64,000 nt of DNA from Podarcis melisellensis (taxonomy: Eukaryota), in the NCBI GenBank assembly GCA_964234715.1, contig OZ174276.1. One strand, given 5' to 3'. The position numbers and the translations under genes were made by a program. Each line of letters begins with the position of its first letter. Position 1 is the first letter of the stretch. Under the pieces are notes generated by a model. It was not told where the DNA came from, made no database searches, and worked only from the letters and a program-made list of their open reading frames with translations. Shown here piece by piece: positions 23,101 to 34,800 of the stretch.

Positions 23101-26100
23101 GTGAATCGGTTACTTTGATGTGGAAACAGCTACCGGATGTGAAACTGCCTTTTTGAGAGGTCCTCCTTGCCTTGGTGCATCTGGTGATACTCTTTCAAAC
23201 AGAGCTGGGTTGAGTGTGTTTTTTTGCAGGATGCTGAAATCTCCAGATCCATCAAAATAATTCAGGTATCAGTTAAGATACTAGCCTACAATGGTCAGTG
23301 AGTCTTTTTCCTCCTAGAAAAGGTTTCACAATTTTGTTTAAGTCTTTATCCTCTTTTGTATGAGGATAACATCCCAACTTGAGGATAAAGTTAGAAATAT
23401 TTTGGAAAGAGGGAAGTAAATCAGGGCTGGAGCAGTGTGTCCTCAGCTTCAAAATGAGATAGCAGTTGCCTAAAATGGGTCACAGAACTCTGAACGCTTC
23501 TTCTCTTTGTGCTCTGGAAGAATTGCCAATAGGAATGTCATTTTCCATCATTCTCTGTCTGTCTCTCTCTCTCTGTACTCCAGATTGGAGTATATACCAT
23601 AAATGTGTTTTCCTACAGTAAAGCTTCATCTGCATTGCTGAAAAACCTCAGTCTTGGTGCAGTGCCTTATTAGGTGCACTGATAGTCTTCCCATTGTATT
23701 TACCAACTCTTCTAACTGGTTGACTTTTGCTTTCTTAAAGCATGGGTCCTACAATTAATGCAGTAGCAGGAAGCATGGTGGGGCCGTGCCACTCATCTGA
23801 CCTCCCTCCAGCTGAATCACTACTGCATACCATGATGATGAGGGACAGTGGCAAGCCAGTACAGTGCAAATGCACCAGCAGGAGCACTGTATTAGTTCCG
23901 CAGGCACGTTGGCACTGTGCTAACCTTAGTGGCATCTTGCTCTTTCCCCTCTCCATCCTGGTATGCAGCAGCGACTCAGTCAGAGGAACTTCAGCTGAGT
24001 GGCAAAGGCCTACCACGCTGTCAGCTTCTGTATTTATGTAAGTCATAATTCATAGGGGCTTACATGGATATAATCTCCTGTAAGACTGTGAGGAGTTATC
24101 ACCGTAATATGAGAAGGAAATATAATTGTAAAATGTAGCCACAGGTGATTCCTTCTGTGTATTGCTCTTCTTGGTTTGAATCTGAAATAATGTAATGTCT
24201 TTGGAGGTTAAATGAGAACCTAGAATCAATGATGGGTTGTAAAAATAGGATCAAATTATCCTACATCAAAGCATTGTTACATCAAAGGATTTGTCCAGCC
24301 TTAGCAAGAATGTGTTGGCCTGTTCATGAAAGTTTAGTACAATTGAGGAACATGTGCCATCGGTCTCTCTGTTCCTGGATGAATGCATCCAGAAGAAAGT
24401 TACTTTATATAGTCCTGTTCTTAGAATCACTAAACAGGATTAGAAACACCACTCCACATTTTAGATGTGTGATTTATGATCACTGTTGTTTCAGTTAGTT
24501 TGCCATGATTTCCATAGCCTAAATAAATAAATAGTAGGTTCAAGGTTGGTAGCTTAATTCTTTTTGCCATTCGTGAGCATGTTTAGTGTTACGGGCTGGG
24601 CTTACAATTCCGTAGCAGTTTAATTCCACGTTAATTACCCTTCAAGTGTCCTTATGGATAATGTGGATCAAACTCACTTTCCTTTAAAAAAATAAATTGA
24701 ACAAAAGAGAGGAAGATAAAAAGATGGCCTCTTCCAGTGAGAAAACTTTGTGATCATGGTAGCAAAAATCTGCTGGGTATTAACTAATGTTACATTATCA
24801 TTTAAAGTTGATATCCAAGTGCCGATTTAAGCCATAGCAGGCGGCTAATACTTTAAGTCTGCAAGATTAGTTCATAAGGTTGCCTTCTTTTTCTCTCCCT
24901 AGTAGGATTTCTATGCCAAGCTGCCTGGTAGGAAATATCTAATCTATTAAATTTTGGTTATCAGATTGCCTTTGTATCCCCGCAAAGTGTCACCTGCTAC
25001 ATTTCTATTGAAGAACATAGGAAGCTGTCTTATAAACCGAGTCCGACCATTGGTCTGTCTGTCTCAGTATCTAACACTGACTGGCAGCAGCTCTCCAGAA
25101 TTTCAAACAGCAATCTTTTCCAGCCCTACCTGGAAATACCAGGGATTGGACCTGGAACTTTTTGCAAGCAAAGCACATAGGTTCCAGCACCGAGCCACAG
25201 TCCTGCTTATCAGGTAGCTTATTAGTGGCAAAAGAATCCTGCCAGGGAGGGGTGAGGATCCTGTCAACCTTATGATCCAATCTTCTGGTCTTGAGCTGTA
25301 CTAATGCTCAAATGGGTATTTGGAAATAAAGTTTAAATCATTTGCCACACACGGTGTGCAAAAAAGATCTGCTGTAGCCGAGTGGTGCAGGTCTTCGGTT
25401 CAGTTCCCAGCATCTGCCCACAGGGCTGTGGAGGACTCCTGCCTGACAGTCTGGAAATCTGCATCCAGTCAGTGCAGAGTGATAGACTGTGGCTTCCCAT
25501 GCTCCCAATTCAGGTGAATGTTGGCACTCGGCTTTGTTGTTTAGCAACCAGACACCTTTGCAGGAAACCTCTTAGGAGAAAAGAGCTATGCCTTGCCTTG
25601 GACTATTACAGGGCAATAGAAGTGTCAAGGACAGAGGATATGAAGCCCACACGCATTGGTCGAAGGGCATGCTCGCCACCAGCTCTCCGCACGTGCCCTG
25701 CGCAGCGGAGAGCACTCTCTGCATACGTCCCTGTGTTCTTCACCACTCCTGCTAACATAGTTCCATTGGTGTTGTGGCCTAACGCATTACTTCAAACACT
25801 GTTCTCTTTTTTTCTCGCTTAATAATCTTTACCCCTTTTGCTCCTCTTGGTGCCATTTTTCTTTTTTATTGTTTTATGACTTTCTTGTTGTGTCTTCCTG
25901 TCAGTGTTTCTTTCCTTTCTGTCTCCCATGCCCTTCATCTGCAGAAAGTGATCTTTCCGAGACAGGACGATGTGCTCATCTCCTTCCTGCCTTTGGCTCA
26001 CATGTTTGAAAGAGTGATCCAGGTAAGAAACCTGTCTAGACTGACCCGGGCCTTGCGGGGCTCCTTGTTTTTGTTTTTTTTCCAGAGTCAGTGGTCTCCT

Positions 26101-29100
26101 ACATTTGAGGATGCACACATTTCCTATTTGCCTTTAGCACACATGTTTGAGAGAATGGTACAGGTAAGGTCTTAGTGTCAGTGGAAGTCCACTAATTCCC
26201 CTTGATCAATGAGTCTGCTAATGGTCACATTTGTATGCCACACTAAACTGTAGTTTAGCATGACGCGCATAAGCTGCACAGAGCTGCAGTGTCAGGCTTA
26301 CACACTCCTCCTCCTCTGCATGGCTGAGAAAAGGAGTGATTTCAACATGTTCCATTTCCACAAGCCCAGTTCAAAGCATAGTTTCTTGAAGCTGTATTGT
26401 TTAAACTAACCATAGTTAACATTAAGAACAGCTCTAGGTTTAGGCAACATGGGAAACAGTGCTTAACCCAAAGTGAAGGCTTTTGAACTCCTCCTCATGG
26501 CTGCACGGAAGTAAGAGAGGGGAGGAGAGGGAAGAGCCTGAGGCAGGCATAGGCAAACTTGGCCCTCCAGATGTTTTGGGACTACAACTCCCATCATCCC
26601 TAGCTAAAAGGACCAATGGTCAGGGATGATGGGAGTTATAGTCCCAAAACACCTGGAGGGCTGAGTTTGCCTATGCCTGGCCTGAGGCTTAATGCTGCCT
26701 GTGCACATCCATGGTTTAGCCATGGTTTTGGTTTTACTGAGGATTCAGCGGCTGCAATGTGGTTTGCAACTACAGCCTGTCTACTGTAAAAGTAAAAACA
26801 CTTACACTCCAGAAATGCCATGAGCTATTTGACAGGGGGAATTTTCAGGCCCCAGTTCTTTGGCACCTCCCCACCCCAGATTATATCCCCCAACTTCCAG
26901 CTTCTGCAGAACCTGTCTGCTGCAGCATAACAGGATAGTGACTGCTCCAAAACTAGTGTTGAAATTTCTAGTGGACTTAAACACGACTGAATGAGCATTC
27001 TTTTATTCCACTGACTTAAAGCTGGGTCTGAAGAAAACTGTCCCCAACAGAGCCTGAATCACAGCATCCAGTGTAGTTTTCCTTTAGCAAGGAAACAAAT
27101 ATCAACAAACGTCTCTTTTAAAGAAACTTTTATATAAATTTGAGATTAATCTAGTTACGATGCAAAAGAATGGAAAGGCCCAGAGGTTAAATAATAACAA
27201 CATTCTGAGAGAGGCTAGAAATTGCACAACTCTTGATAACAGATTTAGGGGTGGGGAGGAGAAAAATGCCTCCCTATCCCGTTCTGCTGAGATATTCCTT
27301 CTGTCAATGGACAGGCAGCATTGAGTACTCCCCTACAGAAATTAACAACCGGAGAGGCAGTTTTCACAAGCAGCATAATGACAGTAGCTGCTGCCAGTTC
27401 ATAAATCATCTGGTTCACATATTACACTGTCTATGCTAACATATACTGGGAAAAGTACAAGACCCTTTGCATGAAGGTGTCCTGGCTCCCACCCAACACA
27501 CAGAAACCCTAACATGTGAGTAAGAAGAGATGCTTATTTAGGCAAATAATGGTACAAGGTCAGCAGAAGACAAAGAGTTCAGGAGTTCAGGAATCAGGGA
27601 ATACTTTCAGAACTGGATGGAAGCAACAAAGATGTCCCGATAGGTTTCATGCCCCACCCACTAACCTTTTAAAGGCATGTCATGCTCACTCACAAGAGTC
27701 ACTCACTTTGTAGGAATGTCAGAATTGCAGCCATGTGCTCCTTCAGGGTGGGTGGGTCTGCTCCCTTCTGCGAAGGTGGCAGCTGCTTCTAGGCAACAAT
27801 ACTGCACCCTAGGCTCCAGATTCCCTGTCTAGCAACGCCTGATCTCACCATTCAGGTCTCCTTTCAGTTTCCTCCTCCGATGTTGGGGCTTGCCAATCCA
27901 AACCCGATCCCAATCACACAGCTGAGATCTTAACATTATGACTAAATGACCCATACTAAATGACCCAGATCAAGGAGCGCTATTCATAAACACCCAAATA
28001 ATGCTTAAGAAAGCATTCTTTAAATGAGCAGGAAGAATAGTCACTATGTATGTGATTAAACTAAAATTTATTTATTTTTTCTGCCTTTCCCATCACAGTC
28101 CGTAGTGTATTGCCATGGCGGGCGAATTGGGTTCTTCCAAGGGGACATTCGCCTACTGTCTGATGATATGAAAGCACTGCGTCCCACCATATTTCCTGTT
28201 GTGCCAAGACTGCTGAACAGGATGTATGACAAGGTAAGCCTAACATATGTTTTAGGGATTAAAACAATCAGTGATGGTCTACAGTCTTGTTACCCAATGA
28301 AGTTAAGTGGACCTACTGAATACTATTTTTTCGCATCTTGAATTCTTTGGCTGCTTTGCTTTCCACTTTGCCGTAAACCAGCAGTAACAAACTTACTCAG
28401 AATTATCACATTTGAAAAGTGAAACGAACTCCCAAGTTATACCTAGTTTTGTGCATTACTGTTTATTACATGTAGACAGTATAACTTGCACATCCACAGT
28501 ATGAGTCTCCCTTCTGTCTGATGTTGTAGCTTAGCAGATAGGATACTGAACAGAAGAAACCTGTGCCTCTAGTTCCACCACCTACGCTTTTCTATGCCTG
28601 AAGATTATTCTTGCTAGCAGGATGCCCAGAAGGTGAGCTTTGACTTGTGAAGGCATGGTCTGTTAATCAAAGCTGTTTTGCTTACTAAATTAATGTATGG
28701 GTTCACACAATGGAAAGGAGTCTTAAAGTGATTTCAAGAAAAGAAAAGCACAAAATTACATTATAAAAATATTCATACAAACGATACAGCACCCAGTCTG
28801 CTTTATCAGAGAAGCTCCCTTTCCACCTACTTGCAAAAAGCAAGTGTTAAGGTGTCATGTGCAATGTTATTAGGGCTGTTTGTGAGTGGGGAATTAGCAT
28901 CCCAGTCATACTTAAAAACCTTTCTCCTGAGCAGCCTGAAGTTTCTAAATGCAAGCCTCCTCACTACTGGGCCATGGGAAGTTTCTGACAGGGAGCCACT
29001 GTAGATTCTTTCCAGCACTCTGATTGTGCCTTGTTTGTAGGCAGGGAATGTGTACTAGGGCAAGGTGATGTCATTTATACGTTCCCAGCTGTCACCATGG

Positions 29101-31763
29101 ACTGATTGGTGCTTTACATGCACGGGGTGCTGCTAAGCTGTGAAAGATACACAACAGCAAATTTTCCAGAGATGCTTCAAGAGTGTCTGTTAAGAATTGA
29201 CCTACTTTCTTTTTTCTAATGATGTTATGACTGCACTATGCTTGATTTACCCGTCATATCCGGATACTATGAATGTGATACACGTTTATTATTGGTACCC
29301 AGTTCTTGTCTAAGTTTTCTGTATCCGCCCCCCTAGATACAAAACAGACTTCTAGATACAATTTATATATTTTTTGTGGAAGTTGATTCAACGTTCTTTC
29401 TTTTTCTTTAATGAAATCTGATATGGAAGGCAAGCATGTGTACATCATATTGCAACATTTGCCAGTAAAGAATTTTGGGGGGATGGTGGTGGGGCTGACT
29501 TCTGGTGAAATCTCGTCTATCTGGATAGACAATAGAGAAGGATCTGTATGTGTAGAAACCAGCCAATGATAACATTTATATTTACTGTTCTGCCCACTTC
29601 CACCTGTGACCCCACCCAATCCTGGAATGTGGCCCTCAGCAAGGACTGTGTCCCGTGGGCTGCCGAAGCCTGTACATTTCTTTGCTTTTTCACATCTTAG
29701 CTGTGTACCAGCATTGTATACCTGAGAATGGATTTGAAAGCAGGAAAAGGAGCTTGTGAACCAACATACTTGAAGTTGTAACGGCAACGTGAAAGAAGTC
29801 TGACTTCCACTCCCTAACATTTTTGTATGTGGGGCTGTTTATAAAATGATTTCTGATGAATCTTAGGTTGGTTTGACATGGAGATTTGCCATAATTGCCA
29901 CTTCATAAAACATTAATAAAAATAACAGCCAGCCACAATTAGCTCATTAACAGACTGGGAACTGCTCTGCAGCAGCCAGATGTTTCTATTCTGTTGTTAC
30001 AATATCCCCAATAATTCTATATAGCTGTGCCAAGCTAATTACACAATGGAAGCCCTTGGGATACCTTAATCTCTATACATACTTTTCAGTGATTTTGTTT
30101 TCCCTTAGAAGAGAACAGAAAGCATAATTCAGAGTGAATTGCAGCAGAAGAGCTTTATTGTTAACTTTTAGCAGTGGTATAGTTATGATTAATTCAAACA
30201 ATTAATTATACCGCTGGCATCTGCGGAGCCCTGTCTGCTTATGCCAGTGATAAATTTGGTCCCGCTTCCCTTTTAAGCTGTGCAATCTTTTCTCTCTCCC
30301 CACGCCCTGCCATTCTGCATTCTCTTAGATCTTCAGTCAAGCAGACACCCCACTGAAACGCTGGCTTCTGGAATTTGCTGCCAAGCGTAAAAAGGCAGAA
30401 GTTCAAAGTGGAATAATCAGAAATGACAGCCTGTGGGATAGACTATTCTTTAATAAAATACAGGTAAGGATCTGGAAAAAAATGGGCACTTGTGCAAGGA
30501 ACCCTTTACGAAAATGAAATTGTACATGAAACTAGAAAAATTACTAATGGGGGGGGGAGGCAACCTTTCCCAGGGAGCCTTCTTGCCCTGTAAAGGATTG
30601 GGTTTTGGCCCCAGCAGCCATTTTTATGGGTGAGGCCTGTGAATGGCATTGTTATTCAAATGAATGGAGACAAACCTTGGGCTGAGTGGGTCCCAGTCAC
30701 TGTTTGTCCCCTAGCAACAGTTTTACTGTCCTTCAAAGGAGCAGTAAACCAGGAAGTCTCTTTCAGTCTGGCTTTTAATCTAAACTGGAGAATCTGGATG
30801 CTCCCTGACTTTATTTTCAGGCATGAGCCACCGCACTTCCCTGTCTTTGCAACAGACAGAAGCAACTTGTTTAAGAGTCAACTAATCTTTCACTCTCTAT
30901 CGGCTGTTTAGTTTTATGCAAGTTCACAAGTACCTAAACTGTGAAAATCACAGGAAATGTTGCTATCAAAGTGACTAATTCAGGACTGCTGGAGTAAACA
31001 AAGAGACCCCAAATAGGCGCCATTCTTCTTATAGAATCCCAATCCTCTTACTGTGAAAATTCACAGACCAAAAGTGAAATTTAATGTAGCTTTAAGGAGA
31101 TTGTTCATCAGTGCAAATATTTCTGCTTACCTGATATAACAATCTCATTCCTGCTCCCCTGTGTGCTGTTCTGGGGTTACTTTCAAACCCCCAGAGCACA
31201 TCTGGGAGCAGGGCATGAGGCAAGAAATGAAGCCATTACTAGAAACACAAAAGGAAAGCTTGGACCAGTAAGAAGCAAGATCATATTCAGAGTCTATCAG
31301 AAGGTCTCAAATACATTAGTTAAGAGTTTTACTCAACAGTACTTGCTTCAACCAATTGTGTGTTCCTCCAGAAAAATGGTAATGATAAAAAATTAAAAGC
31401 AAGACACTAAAATACAAGGTTGTAGCCAGTTGTGGCTTTGCAGTAGTAGAAAATGCTTATGATTGTGTATGGCGGGGCATCCAATTTTCACCCATTGTTC
31501 CTACCTGCTACTCCTCTGTACCTTATCCCATGCTATTTGGAACAGCTTTGTAGGGATTGCAGTGGGTAGGGAAGGAATCCATGAAAACTGGATGTCATGG
31601 TTTGCCTGAGGGTACACTTTCTGCTAGTGCAAAACCATCACTGGATACAGACAATCCAGTTTTATTTGACATGAAAACAGAATACTCTACAGCCCATATT
31701 ATGCATTCAGAACTACGCTCCCTCCCCACCCCATTTCTCCCAGAACATCATTCACCTAGGCTG

Positions 31764-31805
<42 letters not shown>

Positions 31806-34800
31806 CAAGGTCAGGAATGTAGCTGTTTGCATGGTGAGGCCCTGGGCCCCGCAGTTCCATTAGATAATAAACATACAGACACAAATGTTTAAGTTAATGG
31901 GATAAAACAGGCCACAACTTTATTGGTTACAGAGGTGAGCAGCTTGGCTTAGGCATTGGGTGAAACCGGATTATATCCTGACTCCTGCACATCTGCAGGG
32001 AGTCTCATAAGGGTAAACCACTGGTAGGGGGAGCCCTATGATATACATCGATTAAGAGCACCCCCAGGGTCCCCGATGGGGTCAAGACATGGCTTTGGAC
32101 AGGATCCACACGCCCGGGTCCCTTTAACAGGATACCCTTAACGTGGAGGGGCAGGCAGAGGCAACAACCTCCCCTCCCACAAACAAGGCTTACCAAATGT
32201 CTAACCACCACTCAAGCCCTAAAGGCTCGCCGCCAACTTAAATGGCTAGTGGCCATGCCCCCGGCCAACCTGATTGGCCAGCTGGGGGGGCGTGATGCGG
32301 CTGGGAGTCCCTATGACTTGGGTGGCATCCCTCCACCCACAGCTGGGTTACTGGGAGGTCCTGGATGCACTCCTGCAACACTGTCTGCCCCCCCCCCCGG
32401 GAAAGGGAGTGGACTTCCAGCATGCAGTGTGATCTTCATAAATGTGGGAGAGGAAAGAGGTTTGGAAATATAGGCATAAACTATTCAACTAGATCTAACG
32501 GGTAGGCTGATCTTTGTTGTCCCTGAAAGCCCAGAGGATACTGTGCAAATATGTACAATAACTTCTTTATGCTACATGCTGTTTTTTCAAAGTTCTCTTT
32601 GATCAACAGGCAAGCCTGGGTGGCTGTGTTAGGATGATTGTAACAGGAGCCGCTCCTGCTTCCCCCACTGTTCTGGGCTTCCTTCGAGCAGCCCTGGGAT
32701 GTCAGGTATGTTGCACCTGTACATTTATCCTGTTGCACTTTTTATTTCCTAGCTAGAAGTTCTGCTACCATTAGGGGAAAGCTAGATTGTTAAAAATGAG
32801 CTGTGGTATTAACTAATAACACTGTGGGAACTAAACACATCCATAATAGAAATAGGGAGAGTTAAGTATTAGGACCATATAAAGAGCCATGTTTACGTAT
32901 AGCAAGTCCCTTGCAAAAGTAATAAGCTAATGGTAAAGATCTGATCAGAACTTGTGTCTAGATTTAAATTTACAGCTCAGATCAGGTGGGGGAGGTACTA
33001 TAGACAGATTGGGGCCAGATTTGTCTGCCTTCCAGATCTGTCTAAGGGGAATCCCCCTCCTTGGATGCCCCTGTGTTTCCTAGATACCATTGAAGACCTC
33101 CTATTTTAAGAAACAAGTTGGATGCACCCACCCTTCTTAAATGGGTGTTCAAGGTGGCAGGGATGCTGAGTAAGACAAACCCAGCTTGCAGTGTCTTTCC
33201 TTTTTCTTTAGCAGCAACCACCAACAGGCCTTTTCAGGGGTGGGCAGAGGTCTGTAGCACTAAACTTGACCAATAATTGGCTCATGCCATTCTCAGCCAG
33301 CTACTAGTGGTTTTCCTAGCTTGCAGTACGAGTTCCAAAGTGCATCCTCTTCAGCTGCTCCCAGAGTTCCTACAAAGGAGAGATTTCTCCCCCATCTTTA
33401 ATGTCTTTCTCCATCTCTAAATTCAGCAATCAGAAGCTATTATTGTACACAATTGTAATTTAGATTGTGTTCTTCCTGAGTCCCAACACTGGAGAGAAAA
33501 GTATTTATTGCTCATTTATTTATTTTTGGCCTTCAAATAAAATGGTGAAATTAGCATCATCTTGTTTAAATGATGCAGGCCTCTGAATACCTGTTCTGCC
33601 TCTGAATACCAGTTGCTGAGGATCGCAAGTAGGAGAATTCGTCTGTCCGCTTGTCCTGCTTGAAGGATTCCAACAGGCATCTGATTTGACTAGATGGAGC
33701 TTTGGTCTGACCCAGTAAAGTTGTTCTTATTTTCTTACATACTTTTGACAGGTATATGAAGGCTATGGTCAAACAGAATGCACAGCTGGCTGTACCTTCA
33801 CTACTCCAGGGGACTGGACATCAGGTAATAAACCAGGCAGGGTACTGAATCATCAATTAATCAATTGCCTTTTTACGCATCGTGAAATAATTCACAGATA
33901 AATAATAAAAACAGCTAAGAAGAATTGTAAAAACAATACATAAACCAAATAAAGTTAGCTGTGAAAACAGTACAAAATGAACATCAAAGACAGGGACCTT
34001 TTCATCCAGCTGGAAAAGCTTGTTGAAACAAATATGTCTACCATTTCCCCACCAGAAACTACAGATAGTGGGCACCTTTCATATCCCAAGAGAGATAAAT
34101 GTTCCAAAAACAGGAGCAGCCACACTGAAAACTCTGCTTTGAAATACTGTGGCTTCTGATATTTCAGAGATTTTGAGGATAAACTCCTGTAGAATGCAGT
34201 GACCTACTAGGTATATGAGGAATAAGGCAGTCCCTCAAGAAATTCTGTTTTAGAATGCAAGTTTAATTAGCTTATTTAAGCTTGAAAACAATTAGGTCAG
34301 AATCCTAAGATGCTATGTATGTGCGTGCAGGAGAATGACGTGTAATCGTGATATACTTTGCAGCTTTGGGCTCAGCGTTTTTCACTGCCAAAAAGGCAAG
34401 CAGCTTTAAAAACCAATCAGTGGTTTGTCCCTTTTCTCACTGAAACAACAGCTGTGCTCAGCCTAAACAAATGCTACTTACCAGTATGCGTATATCATTT
34501 CTTTAGATCCCAGCTTCTGTGACTTACGATAATCTGTGGCCCTGTTTGGATTTTGTTTCCTCCTTTGGATTGTCCTTAGAAAGAGATGAGCTCTGGGTTA
34601 TATGTGCTCTTTCCCCTCACTCCTAATTACCATTATTATTTTTCACTAGGCTAGCAATAAAACTGCATCTTCAGCAATGTTCAGATACTTTTATGATAAT
34701 AATCTGCTGTAGTCGTTTTACTTTTGTTTTTCTTTAATTTTTTTTTAAAAGACGAATGTCTCCTTGGCAAGAAGCCAGTGACTCGATTGCAGAGCAGTCT

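Noticed and set aside
23735-24046. Overlapping ORFs of about 100 aa on both strands in intron 10
   Set aside because: No recognisable protein, no fitting splice sites, and ACSL6 is complete without it
29254-29820. 188-aa minus-strand ORF
   Set aside because: Non-ATG start, no motifs, intronic composition
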